A DNA stretch of 64,000 nucleotides from contig JAHPZA010000009.1 in the NCBI GenBank assembly GCA_019058445.1, forward strand, positions 416,001 to 480,000, given 5' to 3'. Within the stretch, counting starts at the first letter, position 1. Each line of letters starts with the position of its first letter. Below, one piece after another: positions 20,301-30,665 of the stretch. The position numbers and the translations under genes were made by a program. The notes under the pieces are model-generated. The model saw only the letters and a list, made by a program, of their open reading frames with translations, was not told where the DNA came from and made no database searches. The DNA is from Promethearchaeota archaeon. GTDB taxonomy: Archaea; Asgardarchaeota; Lokiarchaeia; Sigyniarchaeales; SOKP01.

Positions 20301-22328
20301 TCGAGGATTTGATGCTAAACTTCCATCATAGACGGCACAAATATGGGTCCATACACCTTGAGTAATACTACCTTCATCATATCGATAATGTCCAGTAGAA
20401 GTCGTAACTCTATGATTTAACCTTGCAGGACTAACTTCTCCATCAATTCCTAACATATATCTTTCATTATTTGTGGCATCAGTTTTTACCATTATAGCAG
20501 TATCACATGGGGCTGGAACAACACTTAGATTCACCCAAGCTTCTAGTGTTATTTGGTTATCAGTAATATCTAGACTTGGACTATGGGGTACATATATATA
20601 GTCATCAGAACCATTAAGGTCTATACCACCACCAATCTTGGCTCCAATTAGATCTTCTGAAGTTAAAGTATTATTTGGATTTCCATCATTTCTGTTGGAA
20701 GTACTGTCATAAATAGGATTAGTTCCAGTTGGATCTTCATTTAGGTGCCATACAGCTTGATAATTAGAATCCCAAACATTATGAGGATTCTCCTGAGGGC
20801 CCATTGCTGGATTTCCATAATACATGTAAATAACAGTATCAGTAGAGGGAGATAACGATGGAATTCGAACCCATGCGATGAGTTGAGCGTGAGTAGAATT
20901 ATAGGTTTGGTTAAATAACTCTATTTCGTGATCTAACCATGTAATTCCATCGGTAAATGCGATGTCATTGCCATTTAGCTGAACTTTGTCATATAAATCT
21001 GAATCAAAAATAGAAATGAGCATTGGGAAATTACTATGACTGCTTGATCCTAAGACCTCAGTATGGTCAACTGTAAATATTTTATAATACTCAAAATCAT
21101 TGAAAGAGGGAACACTCACTTTTTTAGAACTGCCTATAGAATAAAAATTGAGAGTATCATTTTGGTTGTCAAATTCTGTTCGAATCCAATCAGCAGAACG
21201 AGCAATATCTGAAAGGCGGACCTCATCGAAAAGTCCTTTAAAGCGGATGTCGCTCGACCAATCTTCACTTAGTTTGAGTGTTCTATCACTATCAATATTC
21301 CCACTAGTGATTGAATAATCTGTTGCTATTTTCTGGCCATCTTTATATATATAAGCCTCTCCTTCACTCCTATCAAGAACACCTACAAGATGTATCCAAG
21401 TATCATCGGTTAATGTAGAAGACTGATATATATTGAATACACTAGCGGAACCATCTCCTCCAGAAAATCTAACCATATTATCTCCTTTGAATCGAAATAA
21501 CCACCCTTCTGCATCATCTACATCACCATTTCCTTTAAAAATACCACCATAATCACCTACATCCATTGTTCCATCTTTATTGATCCAAGTCTCTACTGTA
21601 AAACTGCCCGTCCCGAAATCAAGATGTCCATCAGTAGGGTCTCCCATATTGACTTCATCATCATCTCCATCAAAATAATAAGCACCATCTAATTGACCAG
21701 ATGTTCCTTGAATAACTCCTCCTGACGGGGAGCCATCAGTATCATAATTCGTTGAATCCTGAGCATCACCACTCGATTCTGAAAGATGCCAAATTCCTAC
21801 ATAGTCATCATTCCATACATTCTTTGGATTCTCCTGAGAATTCATAAAGGGGCATCCATAATACATACGTATAATCGTATCTATATCATGAAACAGCCTT
21901 GGAACACGAACCCATGCGATCAATTGAGCATTAACAGTCGAATATGTCTGATTAAATAATTCTATTTCGTAATCTAACCAGGTATTATTTGTGGAGAAGG
22001 CAATATCATCGCCATCTGGTTGAGTATAGTCATGTAAATCCGGATCAATAATAGAGATTAGCACGGGGAAATCAATAAGATCACTAGAACCAGAGACTTT
22101 GGTATGGTCAATTGTTATCTCTTTATAGTAAGCAAAATCATCTGCATATGGAGGATGGTTTAAAGATGAATAAGGAGAATTATTTGAGTCATCATTTTTC
22201 TCTTCATGTATTCTATCGATAGTACTATAAGAATTAAAATTCGAAAGATAATATACGTATACGATAGTTGAAAAGAGTGTTAAAAACAATATTATTATAG
22301 ATATAGTTTTTCTCTTATTGAATTTCAT
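14337..22328 (-). CDS. Giant surface receptor/adhesin, copy 1 (2663 aa): 3x(DUF2341+LamG), beta-sandwich stalk, TM, cytoplasmic longin/uDENN-like + 2 wHTH
   Basis: N-terminal signal/TM. Three repeats of YKxITIDH..FPVLIS..DIAF..LDHEIELF..AWVRIP..MYYGN followed by VWHL...WxHxxxxYD...IDEVRIS..RSADWIxTEYxNQ. TM IFYLLLLIAAIGAIVGSLG at about 15700-15770. Tail begins PKGLILMRWNERVGTEIVVQYP. Confidence 0.9.
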   Translation of the reverse strand: MKFNKRKTISIIILFLTLFSTIVYVYYLSNFNSYSTIDRIHEEKNDDSNNSPYSSLNHPPYADDFAYYKEITIDHTKVSGSSDLIDFPVLISIIDPDLHDYTQPDGDDIAFSTNNTWLDYEIELFNQTYSTVNAQLIAWVRVPRLFHDIDTIIRMYYGCPFMNSQENPKNVWNDDYVGIWHLSESSGDAQDSTNYDTDGSPSGGVIQGTSGQLDGAYYFDGDDDEVNMGDPTDGHLDFGTGSFTVETWINKDGTMDVGDYGGIFKGNGDVDDAEGWLFRFKGDNMVRFSGGDGSASVFNIYQSSTLTDDTWIHLVGVLDRSEGEAYIYKDGQKIATDYSITSGNIDSDRTLKLSEDWSSDIRFKGLFDEVRLSDIARSADWIRTEFDNQNDTLNFYSIGSSKKVSVPSFNDFEYYKIFTVDHTEVLGSSSHSNFPMLISIFDSDLYDKVQLNGNDIAFTDGITWLDHEIELFNQTYNSTHAQLIAWVRIPSLSPSTDTVIYMYYGNPAMGPQENPHNVWDSNYQAVWHLNEDPTGTNPIYDSTSNRNDGNPNNTLTSEDLIGAKIGGGIDLNGSDDYIYVPHSPSLDITDNQITLEAWVNLSVVPAPCDTAIMVKTDATNNERYMLGIDGEVSPARLNHRVTTSTGHYRYDEGSITQGVWTHICAVYDGSLASNPRFFAYVNGALVSSNDASGDILSIGEVIYFGKRPDYSYGGQYHGQIDELRISNLARSSGWVATEYNNQYNPDSFYSISNAIKVDEDTPSDADNFNFYKLIIIDSSKIPGSGSLTNFTVLISLEDVDLHDDVQSNGNDIAFALGSTWLDHELELFNQTYNGTHAQLVAWVRIPVLSTSINTIIRMYYGNITMGSRENPTGVWNANYQGVWHLSESGGEAQDSTFYGEDGTVSSSVVRPSNGQIDSAYEFGTDGTVDIGDPTDGHLDFGLQSFTVSFWLKVDDSTEDTQIPFYKGASTISDSGYCFSIDASGTSLAFHVTDGARNVGSYSASVTFDEWIYIVGVLDRSNDRIRIYKDGFEIGSGTDIYPMASVSSVKDLQFSFLPDYYFDGLIDEVRISDIMYSNNWLITEYNNQYDPNNFYSIGAELVVNKTICKNLQVKANDLYGNSIANVNISMYQLSELISSDITDTEGCVSFTNVYLSKYNFTATMTSDIGKHFEIINITSEAILINDTYQTINLICNVSTNFFNITDVDGSPVDSGWIIVGNYSHNLQNCTIDDTGKARFWWVNITPYEYNYTLYYLDNTYKPQKLILASGDISNPNITIDVKVNLTTANFTVYIEDGSEPVSGVKLLVSNHTSGDSVVNLTTSLDGKVTFRWLITNTFYNYSLRIKFYGVDWEFNMTDVTADMVYAANFSLTAEFAYILRIKLSQGELEQFETTIVSLNPTDNIKIKWGSKLKLRALFNVTKVSEAKFNHLLGPTYADIMSYQILIGSTLVKSGTIPIEEDYIGRHLCEIETDGLESNVVYIIKIEALKSGYILPSDLALSLDLEENGLILNQSENDDSIQEDFWLENIDLSVKPYGEISEEIVIEDDIFQDVDHSFTFSMPDISMDWNLSRITFDIYNISWNVAEDEINITIIDPNNNFWMWHKTNATDLGSEYNYPQGWWKGITLDLDISSSTGDNIFNFTIGGSFDGSVDIIADTYLFRDKINLKYYQFNVTDEINILSCVNGWIIKNITFEIYNCFNTSDWSPISNPTIAISKITTNEGYNFTLEYLGNGNAGLTIDNITIYPIDDKFFFDIINISDIMFDVNITVEYYQGFYWNQHLENISTTISKQDLPNGGEFNIVFTSNFDDQGTELLISKINNGSHYFFPSELAMNITIGGQTYSISDTLQGEGTFSLAKIYKNLIYSASIETNQLVNFTLSFRISYSRTVFYETTGLVTYVIREAPDISGTVQYYENLGFYQQTINTSLINAGDYTIRFEVIKEHYISDISKDLEIEVQERLTLISDSSINVDLYPVIYVQDELNFTFSYIDEQYLTNIIDLETQSYSMTEIRAGQSVLYGTGDLYVNSDSEYVLDINTELMAVGRYTVWVTLDKQNYESKQAIIFLTINEREIEYDLGDMFEDKQTSVVKGETITLSIELTDPTKGDIPLKDATVILEIGDDELEFEEVEDGVYEVEFETDDYEAFFTSNTITGTIKISKANYTSEDTDITIVIEMEEIEVIPGVVSIPIFYLLLLIAAIGAIVGSLGTYKYIQLMKIPEFVKKLRSMKKLIKNNDDINTSLLYPSKEMYMAHLVKDKWQTIGVSLEAMLGTKIQKVEEVLKVKQKLIATKRSSDLIPKGLILMRWNERVGTEIVVQYPEGIEITKKTLMQIYGTHEYTGESGAVNLMAGNSNILSYYTGAEKGYYLVLVLNLDDDPDLYEDAMADILRIILQNLEDDSYLHIISSLFQRLAMFPNLTAEGRIAYIYQDEIKRMIINRLREEGVISKSELMVWLKDKYKEGFFDLANILAELVKMEIVKESSIKGLPSELVFLINDIYMIRVPPIELLKKPEAHGLPPQLAKAYSNEISKFFQTYHPSKEDNIKVIETIGNPQVYETLRLLRTAIVTRNELEKLKKKGVTDINLVLKQLWQANLISVLQDKNSTEYYALLSDFNLDLIFPKYLLKIIKNGYDQKSKSDNVLIEYLNILEDTYLTLKAKQNSEE

Positions 22329-22360
22329 AGAAAAAATGCCTTTTTTTACTTAATATCTTT

Positions 22361-22436
22361 GTTATTAGATAAAAATTGGAAATATTTGTAACATTTTAGA
22401 AAAAATCTACATATTTAAATATTGCATATTTCTCTC
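22361..22436 (-). promoter_or_regulatory. Conserved promoter/leader of array copy 1 (TATA-like ATATTTAAATAT, upstream purine-rich BRE-like tract, leader motif)
   Basis: ATATTTAAATAT at 22411-22422 and GTTATTAGAT..ATTGGAA from 22361 (+ strand text). The same motifs occur at the same spacing before all five copies. Confidence 0.65.
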
Positions 22437-22456
22437 TTTAAAAGAAGAACAATTAT

Positions 22457-22576
22457 ATTTTATCAGATGAATTTCTATAAAAGATATTCCCTCGAGCAAA
22501 GGAGATTTACTAAGTTAAATAGTAGAAAAGTTCATTTTAAAGCTTTTTATAAATTAAAACTTCAACAATCTAAAGG
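22457..22576. repeat. About 120-bp intergenic block duplicated at 30777-30896
   Basis: ATTTTATCAGATGAATTTCTATAAAAGATATTCCCTCGAG...AATCTAAAGG occurs in both spacers with scattered substitutions. Confidence 0.85.
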
Positions 22577-22687
22577 CTCACACAGATAAATATTAATAAG
22601 AAAAAAGAATTAATTATAAAAAAATTCATTACTTTGTTAGAATTCTTTAAAAAACAAGAGATAATAAAAAAAATTTATCAATTTAAA

Positions 22688-25600
22688 TTATTCTTCTGAT
22701 TTTTCCTTTGCTTTTAAGGTTAGATAAGTATCTTCAAGGATATTCAGATATTCAATTAAAACATTATCGCCTTTAGATTTTTGGTCATATCCATTCTTGA
22801 TAATTTGCAAAAGGTACTTCGGGAATATGAGATCTAAATTAAAATCTGAAAGAAGAGCATAATATTCGGTACCGGTTTTATCTTGAAGGACGGAGATCAA
22901 ATTCGCTTGCCATAGCTGTTTTAATACTAAATTAATATCTATAACACCTTTCTTTTTAAGCTTCTCTAATTCGTTTCTGGTGACAATCGCGGTTCTTAAT
23001 AATCGCAGTGTTTCATAAACCTGTGGTTTGCTTATAGTCTCAATTACTTTAATATTATCTTCTTCAGTTGGATGATAATTTTGGAAGAATTTATTGATCT
23101 CATTAGAATATACTTTTGCCAGCTGAGGTGGTAACCCATGAGCTTCAGGTTTTTTTAGTAATTCTATTGGAGGAACTCTGATCATATAAATATCATTAAT
23201 GAAAAAGATCAATTCTGAAGGGAGTCCTTTAATTGAACTTTCTTTGATAATCTCCATTTTTACGAGCTCTGCCACAATATTTTCTAAATCAATAAACCCT
23301 TCTTTATATTTATCTTTAAGCCAGACCATTAGTTCTGATTTAGAAATAACGCCTTCTTCTCTAAGTCGATTTATAACCATCCGCTTAATCTCATCTTGAT
23401 ATACATATGCGATTCGTCCTTCGGCGGTAAGATTTGGGAACATCGCCAGTCTCTGAAAGAGCGAAGGAATAATGTGTAAATAGGCATCGTCTTCTAAATT
23501 TTGGAAAATACTGCGTAAAATATCGGCCATTGCATCCTCATAAAGATCAGGATCATCATCCAAATTTAAAATTAGAACAAGATAATAGCCTTTTTCAGCT
23601 CCAGTATAGTAAGATAAGATATTGGAATTCCCCGCCATTAACGTCACTAAGCCCGATTCTCCGGTATATTCATGGGTGCCATAGATTTGCATTAACGTCT
23701 TTTTAGTGATATCAATGCCTTCTGGATATTGAACTACAATTTCAGTACCGACTCTTTCATTCCATCTCATAAGAATCAATCCCTGCGGGACAAGTTCACT
23801 GCTTCTTTTGGTAGAAATGACTTTTTGCTTTACTTTGAGTACTTCTTCAACCTTTTGGATTTGCATCCCCAGCATAGCTTCCACAGAAACACCGATCATC
23901 TGGCATTGATCTTTTACTAAATGGGCCATATACATCTCTTTCGAAGGGTACAACAATGATTTATCGATATCGTCGTTAGCTTTAATTAATTTTTTCATCG
24001 ATCTAAGTTTTTTAACAAACTCTGGGATCTTCATCAATTGAATATATTTATAGGTCCCAAGACTGCCAACAATAGCACCTATAGCCGCAATGAGCAAGAG
24101 AAGATAGAAGATCGGAATCCCAAGTACACCAGGAATCACTTCTACCTCTTCCATTTCGACCACAATCGTAATATCAGTGTCCTCTGAAGTGTAATTCGCT
24201 TTAGAGATTTTTATAGTTCCAGTAATGGTGTTTGAGGAAAAGAACGCTTCATAATCATCAGTTTCAAATTCCACTTCATACACTCCATCCTCAACCTCTT
24301 CAAACTCAAGCTCATCATCACCAATCTCTAAAATAACTTTTGCGCCCGTCAATAGAATATCTCCCTTGGTAGGATCTGTCAATTCTATGGAAAGCGTGAT
24401 TTTCTCGCCTTTCACTACACTAGTCTGTTTATCTTCAAACATATCTCCAAGATCGTAATCAATTTCTCTATTATTGATTGTTAAAATGATAATTGCTTGC
24501 TTCGATTCATAATTTTGTTTTTCCAATGAAATCCATAGTTCATATCTTCCAACTGACCTCAATTCTGTATTGAAATCCAAAACGTATTCGTTATTCGCGT
24601 TAGTGGTTAAAATTCCTGAACTACTCTCCATTAATTGCCCCTCGGTATTATAATAGTTCCAATCATAACTTTGACAATCTAAATCTTGAAGATTAGTACC
24701 ATATTCATAATCGATATAAGAAAATGTATAAATCGTCGAATCTCCTACATAGATACTTGAAGTAATTATATTAAATCCAGTTTGATTGGCACCTGCATAT
24801 CCGACCAATGTTAAGCGTTCCAATACTCGAAGATCTAAATCTAGAGTAATATCAGATTTATAATTTTCTTTACTACAGGCAAATCTTATAGTATAAGGAT
24901 TATAAATATTTGCATCTATTAAAGATGTATTAATTAATTGAATATAACATCCTAAATCATCGCAATACTGAACTAGTTGGTTCGATATATCGGTACCTAA
25001 AATTGAATAAGTAAGAGTACCTTGAATCTCATATATTGCTATTCTTGAATACATTATTCCGAATGAAAGTGTAAAATTAACGTCTTGATTCGTTCCTATT
25101 TGGGCAGTATATATTTGATCTTTATTAAAACTTAATAAAGAAAACTCACCATTGTTCTTAACATCATAAATATCGGTATATGTTATGCCGTTTATTGTAA
25201 CATTCATCTCCACATTAGATGGAAGGACATAATTGGTACCGTTCCATATTTCATTGATTAAAAGCATCGCACCATTATCCATCCAATTATACTCGACAAT
25301 GCTAATTTGAATTTCAGAGTTGTGATCAATATCATGAAATGTCTCTGATGAATTAATTGTTTCCAAAAATTCGTTCCAATAAAATCCTTGCATAAATTCA
25401 ATTGTAATATTGACATCAAACATTATTTCTGAAGTGTTAATAATATCAAATAAGAATTGGCCCTCTAACGGATAAATTGTTATATTGTCAATAATTATTT
25501 TTCCGGTCCCAAGTTCATGAGAGATAAAAGTATAATTAATACCCTCATTTGTCACTATTTTTTCTATCACAGAGGCAGGATCTATTACACTCCAATCTGA

Positions 25601-28600
25601 TGCATTGCGGCAATTATAAAGGTAAAAGGTTATATTATTAATTACCCATCCATTGCGATCTGATAAAAGGCAAATTGTATCTGTAATATTAAATTGTTTA
25701 TATTCGATATTTATTTTGTCTCTAATAACGTGAATGTCAGTGATAATATCCACTGTTCCAGTAAATGAACCTCCAATTGTAAAATTAAAACTGTTATCCC
25801 CGACAGGACTTGCCTTTCCAAGCGTATAAGCTATCCCAATCCACCTATGCCCATCAATATCCCACCCGCTATGATTACTTCTGGTATATTTCGTAAGATC
25901 TCCATATGGATCTGTTATAGTAATGTTTATATTATTCTCATCGCCAGTCCAAGAAATATTATAAATATTGAATATAATCTCTGTTAAGTTCCAAGAGTTT
26001 GAAATATCAGGAATTGAAAACTTAAACTCGTGATCTACGGTTTGAAAAATACTCTGTTCTACGATATATTCTTCGGTGATTTCACTATAAGGTATAACTG
26101 ACATATTGATATTTTCTAACCAATAAACTGTTTGTTCAGAATCTTCGTTTTCTGACTGATTAAGTATCATTTCATTTTCTAAAAGGTATAATGAAAGAGA
26201 TTCTTCATCGGGTACTACATATTCAAGTTTTGTGGCTTCTATAATTATAGAATAAGAAACTTTTGCTTCCAATCCAGAAGTTTCAAAAGTGCAGAGATGT
26301 CTTCCGATATAAACAGAATCTATTGGAATTGTTCCAGTTTTTATTAAATTATTTTGCTCATCATAAATTTTATATGTCATTGAATCTGCGTATTTAGGTC
26401 CTAATAATTCTTGTTGACCTGCTGCTTTAGTTACATTGAATAAAGCCCTTATTGTAATTTTTGTACCCCAAGGCTCTACAATACTATCTGACATTAATAA
26501 TATGATCTCTGTTTCATATTCTTCTATTTGACCTGAAGACATCTCCATTTCGATATCGTAAGAAGTCGCAATCGCTATATCAAGTTCAAGAGTCGAAAGG
26601 TGAAATGGGTCAGTATCATCGGCGAATCTAATTTGTTTATTATCTCCATAAAATGTAACATTTAAAGAATAATTATAATTACTATTGGTTGTTAACCACC
26701 TAAGAGTTACTTTTCCATTCATATTCGTGGTAAAATTTACTATACTTGCCCCTGAGGATGTATTATAGAACATTAATTTTACTCCGCTCACAACTTGACT
26801 CTGATCAGCGGTCCAAATGGTGACACTAGCCGTTGTTAAATTCACTGTTAAAGGTATTGGAATATTTGGCGACAAGATAACATCTGATTTCAACACAATA
26901 GGATTCGGGTCGTAAACAATATCTTGATACCATACCTTGTAGCTATATCCTGTAGTATTTAACCACCAGAAGGTTGCATGTCCCGTCGCATCAAGCGTAG
27001 AATTTTGAAGTTCTTGTGTGCCTTTGCTTACAATTATCCAGGCTGAATCGAGAGGTACTCCGTCAACGTCTTCTACAGTAAAAATATTTCTGCTTGCATT
27101 ACAAATTAACGTAATATTATGGAAAGGATCTTCTATTTTAATCGCCTCAGATGTACGATTAATTGTTACTGTATGAAGTGGTTCAATATTCGAAGTCATA
27201 TTTACGGTAAAATTGTATCCGTCGATGGCACTTTGAGGTATATTTGTAAATAGTGTGTATCCATCGTTATTTGTAATAGAACTATATTTTATTTCGGTAG
27301 AATTAAGGATCGTTACATTTACATTAGGTATTGGGTTACCATATGAATCAATAGTATTAATTTGAACATTAGAGAAACCAGTTTGTTCTGATCCAACAGA
27401 ATAAAAAGTATTAGGATATTTTTGATTATTAAATTCTGTCTGTATCCATTCTGCTGAACGAACTGTATTTGAGATACGAACCTCATCTATATTTCCCTCA
27501 AAACTTTCTACTATCCAACCTCTATTGAATCCAATATAAAGTGGTCTAGTATTCGTGGCTAAGGTGCCTAGCCCAAAATTTTGACTGTCTTCAAAATCAC
27601 CATTTTTATATGCTGTACAGATCGAAGTGGAACTGTCGTATGTAAATACTATATGTTGCCAAGTTCCGGCTGAAAGATATACATCTGAAGTCCATTCATA
27701 ATATGAACCTGAATTAGCTAATCCTATGAACAACCTTCCGTTATTGTCCACAGCAGAATATAGATCTTCATTAGAAGAAAGTTGACTGTTCCAATCTCCA
27801 TCCATCTTGCTTACAAGTGAAATCCATTCATCTACCTCATTTGGATTTATCCATACTTCAACAGTGAGTTGATCTGAAATATGTAAACTAGTGTCATCTG
27901 CAATTTGAATTCTTTGGGTATAGGCATGATCAAATCCTACTGATTTGGCAACTTGACCATCATTATTAAATGATACTCCATTATAATCAGTTCCATAGTT
28001 AGAATTCGAAGTTGAATCCTCTATTGACAGTGTACCACCACCTTGCTCAGCTAAGTGCCATATGCCTTTATGATTAGCATCCCATACTCCCGTAGGATTT
28101 TCTTGCGAACATAGATTGGAATTACCATAATACATATATATTTTGGTATTAGTAGAGGTTGAAAGAGAAGGAACTCGAACCCATGCAATGAGTTGAGCAC
28201 GAGTACTGTCATAATTTTGTTCAAATACTTCTATTTCGTGATCTATCCATTCCGTACCATTGGAAAAGGCAATATCATCACCATCTAGTTGAACATCATC
28301 ATGCAAATCTTCATCTAAAATAGAAATTAATACTGGAAAATTCATATGACTACCCGTTCCGGATACTTTTGTATGATCAATTGTTATTTCTTTATAGTAC
28401 GCAAAGTCTTCAAAAGAAGGAATATATGTTTTTAGAGCCCCGCTAATAGAATAAAAATTATTCGGATCATTTTGGTTTTCATAAGATGTAGCAATCCATT
28501 CAGCAGAACGGGCAATATTGGAGATGCGAATTTCATCAACCGATCCATCGAAATAGGTAGAACCAGCTTTTCTCGCAAATCGTAAGTCATTAGTAGTTGG

Positions 28601-30634
28601 AACTATTGTCCCTGAATGGGAATCAGTTTTTTCAACAGATCCGTCAATATATATTTTACTGTTGCTCCCATCATAAGTGCCGACAACATATAACCAAGTT
28701 TGTATTGGAAATTCCCATTTCCCCGTGTATCTATCTCCACCAGTAGTACTTACATAAAATGTTATATACCCATCGTGATCACTATCATGATATAACCGAT
28801 ATTCATTAGATTTCCCTACAATAGTGGGCCAATCTGCTTTTGATGCTACTCCTAACCATATCCACGCCTCTATCGTAATCTCGTCTATAATATCCTCCGT
28901 ATCGCCGCAACTAATATAATCATCTGTTCCATCAAAATTTATACTCCCATCTATTTGTCCAGCAATTTGGTTGGTACTTGACATAGAACCGTATGAAGTA
29001 CCATCATTGATAGCCGTGCTATCTTTTATTTCACCACTAGTTCCAGTAGGAACTTCACTCAAGTGCCAAACACCCTTATAATTATTATCCCACACTCCTG
29101 AAGGATCTTGTCGTGAAGTCATGGATGAATTACCGTAATACATATAGATAATTGTATCAACAGAATCCGAGATATAAGGAATGCGAACCCATGCAACCAA
29201 TTTAGCAAAAGTAGGATTATAAGATTGGTTGAAATATTCAATTTCATGTTGTAACCATATTGAACCATTATAAAAGGCAATATCATTGGCATTGGACTGA
29301 ACTTGAACTCTTAAATCTGAATCTAAAATTGAGACTAATAAAGGAAAATCCTTATGACTGCCAGTTACCTTATTATGGTCAATTGTTATTACTTTATAGA
29401 AATTAAAATCTTTTGGTTTTGGAGGATTCACTTCATAACGACCACTAATAGAATAAAATTTGCTCGGATCCTTTTGGTTTTCATAACAAGTCGAAATCCA
29501 ATCTGATGATCGAACAATATTAGAAACGCGAACTTCGTCCATAATACCGTGAATATCATCGTCCCAGTCTCCAGCGTCACCGATAGAAAAAGAAGTGGAA
29601 CTATCTAAATCTGCATCATCAATAGACCCTGTACCAGCTAGGAGCCCATTATGATATAATATTACAGTTCCAGTCGTCCTATTATAAGTGACTGCAACTT
29701 GCTGCCACTCATATGCGATCATAACTGCACTTGAAGTCCAAACCCATTGTTCACTAGGATATGAAGAAAGGTATAAGTAATTATCAAAAGAAAATTGGAT
29801 TTTTTCGGATCCCATAATACAATCAAAGTCTACAAGATTTCTTGGATAAATCCAAGCAACGAACGTAAATTCTCCTGTACTATTCAAATTATCATCAAGA
29901 TTAGGGGAATCAGGAACGGTAATATCATCATCAGATCCATCAAAATCTATACTCCCATCAATTTTTCCCTCCACTTGATCATCCGTAGTCATTGAAGCTT
30001 GAGCTGTCCCATCATTATTATTAGAAGTTGAATCTTTTATTTGGCCTGTATAACCGGGTCCAGGATCTTCACGTAGGTGCCAGATACCCTTATAATTTGA
30101 TTCCCATACGTCAGATGGATTTTGACGCGAACCCATAGTTGAGTTCCCGTAATACATATAAATTATAGTGTCCTTATCATGGAAAAGTATAGGAATTCGA
30201 ACCCAGGCAACTAATTTAGCATACCTATCACCATAATTCTGTTCAAATAATTCTATTTCGTGATCTAACCAATCTGTACCATTGGAAAAAGCAATATCAT
30301 TGCCATTTGATTGTACTTTATCATATAGATCCGAATCTAAAACAGAAATTAATAATGGAAAATTAGTAAAGCTTTCTTCTCCAATGACTTTATCATGGTC
30401 AATTGTTATTATTTTGTAGAATTTGAAGTAATTAGCGTTAGAGGGTGTGTTTGAGGAAATTTGAAGTGAGAAATCGTCGTTCTTATCGTTTTCGAAAAAA
30501 TCTTGATTATCATCACGATTTGTATTATCTATTTTTCCAATGTATAATGAAAGATACGTCACCTGTACAATAGTTGAAGCTATTATAGCAAATAAAATTA
30601 GTATTGATTTAGCTATCCTCTTATTGAATTTCAT
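22688..30634 (-). CDS. Giant surface receptor/adhesin, copy 2 (2648 aa)
   Basis: Same architecture. The ectodomain is the most divergent of the five, but the TM and cytoplasmic tail are nearly identical to copy 1. TM at about 24050-24120. Confidence 0.9.
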   Translation of the reverse strand: MKFNKRIAKSILILFAIIASTIVQVTYLSLYIGKIDNTNRDDNQDFFENDKNDDFSLQISSNTPSNANYFKFYKIITIDHDKVIGEESFTNFPLLISVLDSDLYDKVQSNGNDIAFSNGTDWLDHEIELFEQNYGDRYAKLVAWVRIPILFHDKDTIIYMYYGNSTMGSRQNPSDVWESNYKGIWHLREDPGPGYTGQIKDSTSNNNDGTAQASMTTDDQVEGKIDGSIDFDGSDDDITVPDSPNLDDNLNSTGEFTFVAWIYPRNLVDFDCIMGSEKIQFSFDNYLYLSSYPSEQWVWTSSAVMIAYEWQQVAVTYNRTTGTVILYHNGLLAGTGSIDDADLDSSTSFSIGDAGDWDDDIHGIMDEVRVSNIVRSSDWISTCYENQKDPSKFYSISGRYEVNPPKPKDFNFYKVITIDHNKVTGSHKDFPLLVSILDSDLRVQVQSNANDIAFYNGSIWLQHEIEYFNQSYNPTFAKLVAWVRIPYISDSVDTIIYMYYGNSSMTSRQDPSGVWDNNYKGVWHLSEVPTGTSGEIKDSTAINDGTSYGSMSSTNQIAGQIDGSINFDGTDDYISCGDTEDIIDEITIEAWIWLGVASKADWPTIVGKSNEYRLYHDSDHDGYITFYVSTTGGDRYTGKWEFPIQTWLYVVGTYDGSNSKIYIDGSVEKTDSHSGTIVPTTNDLRFARKAGSTYFDGSVDEIRISNIARSAEWIATSYENQNDPNNFYSISGALKTYIPSFEDFAYYKEITIDHTKVSGTGSHMNFPVLISILDEDLHDDVQLDGDDIAFSNGTEWIDHEIEVFEQNYDSTRAQLIAWVRVPSLSTSTNTKIYMYYGNSNLCSQENPTGVWDANHKGIWHLAEQGGGTLSIEDSTSNSNYGTDYNGVSFNNDGQVAKSVGFDHAYTQRIQIADDTSLHISDQLTVEVWINPNEVDEWISLVSKMDGDWNSQLSSNEDLYSAVDNNGRLFIGLANSGSYYEWTSDVYLSAGTWQHIVFTYDSSTSICTAYKNGDFEDSQNFGLGTLATNTRPLYIGFNRGWIVESFEGNIDEVRISNTVRSAEWIQTEFNNQKYPNTFYSVGSEQTGFSNVQINTIDSYGNPIPNVNVTILNSTEIKYSSITNNDGYTLFTNIPQSAIDGYNFTVNMTSNIEPLHTVTINRTSEAIKIEDPFHNITLICNASRNIFTVEDVDGVPLDSAWIIVSKGTQELQNSTLDATGHATFWWLNTTGYSYKVWYQDIVYDPNPIVLKSDVILSPNIPIPLTVNLTTASVTIWTADQSQVVSGVKLMFYNTSSGASIVNFTTNMNGKVTLRWLTTNSNYNYSLNVTFYGDNKQIRFADDTDPFHLSTLELDIAIATSYDIEMEMSSGQIEEYETEIILLMSDSIVEPWGTKITIRALFNVTKAAGQQELLGPKYADSMTYKIYDEQNNLIKTGTIPIDSVYIGRHLCTFETSGLEAKVSYSIIIEATKLEYVVPDEESLSLYLLENEMILNQSENEDSEQTVYWLENINMSVIPYSEITEEYIVEQSIFQTVDHEFKFSIPDISNSWNLTEIIFNIYNISWTGDENNINITITDPYGDLTKYTRSNHSGWDIDGHRWIGIAYTLGKASPVGDNSFNFTIGGSFTGTVDIITDIHVIRDKINIEYKQFNITDTICLLSDRNGWVINNITFYLYNCRNASDWSVIDPASVIEKIVTNEGINYTFISHELGTGKIIIDNITIYPLEGQFLFDIINTSEIMFDVNITIEFMQGFYWNEFLETINSSETFHDIDHNSEIQISIVEYNWMDNGAMLLINEIWNGTNYVLPSNVEMNVTINGITYTDIYDVKNNGEFSLLSFNKDQIYTAQIGTNQDVNFTLSFGIMYSRIAIYEIQGTLTYSILGTDISNQLVQYCDDLGCYIQLINTSLIDANIYNPYTIRFACSKENYKSDITLDLDLRVLERLTLVGYAGANQTGFNIITSSIYVGDSTIYTFSYIDYEYGTNLQDLDCQSYDWNYYNTEGQLMESSSGILTTNANNEYVLDFNTELRSVGRYELWISLEKQNYESKQAIIILTINNREIDYDLGDMFEDKQTSVVKGEKITLSIELTDPTKGDILLTGAKVILEIGDDELEFEEVEDGVYEVEFETDDYEAFFSSNTITGTIKISKANYTSEDTDITIVVEMEEVEVIPGVLGIPIFYLLLLIAAIGAIVGSLGTYKYIQLMKIPEFVKKLRSMKKLIKANDDIDKSLLYPSKEMYMAHLVKDQCQMIGVSVEAMLGMQIQKVEEVLKVKQKVISTKRSSELVPQGLILMRWNERVGTEIVVQYPEGIDITKKTLMQIYGTHEYTGESGLVTLMAGNSNILSYYTGAEKGYYLVLILNLDDDPDLYEDAMADILRSIFQNLEDDAYLHIIPSLFQRLAMFPNLTAEGRIAYVYQDEIKRMVINRLREEGVISKSELMVWLKDKYKEGFIDLENIVAELVKMEIIKESSIKGLPSELIFFINDIYMIRVPPIELLKKPEAHGLPPQLAKVYSNEINKFFQNYHPTEEDNIKVIETISKPQVYETLRLLRTAIVTRNELEKLKKKGVIDINLVLKQLWQANLISVLQDKTGTEYYALLSDFNLDLIFPKYLLQIIKNGYDQKSKGDNVLIEYLNILEDTYLTLKAKEKSEE

Positions 30635-30665
30635 AGTTAAATTTCCTTTTTTCTTTTATATCTTT

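Noticed and set aside
22468-22590. 40-codon + strand ORF MNFYKRYSLEQRRFTK... in the duplicated spacer block
   Set aside because: The second copy has TAA at codon 11, so the frame is not conserved.
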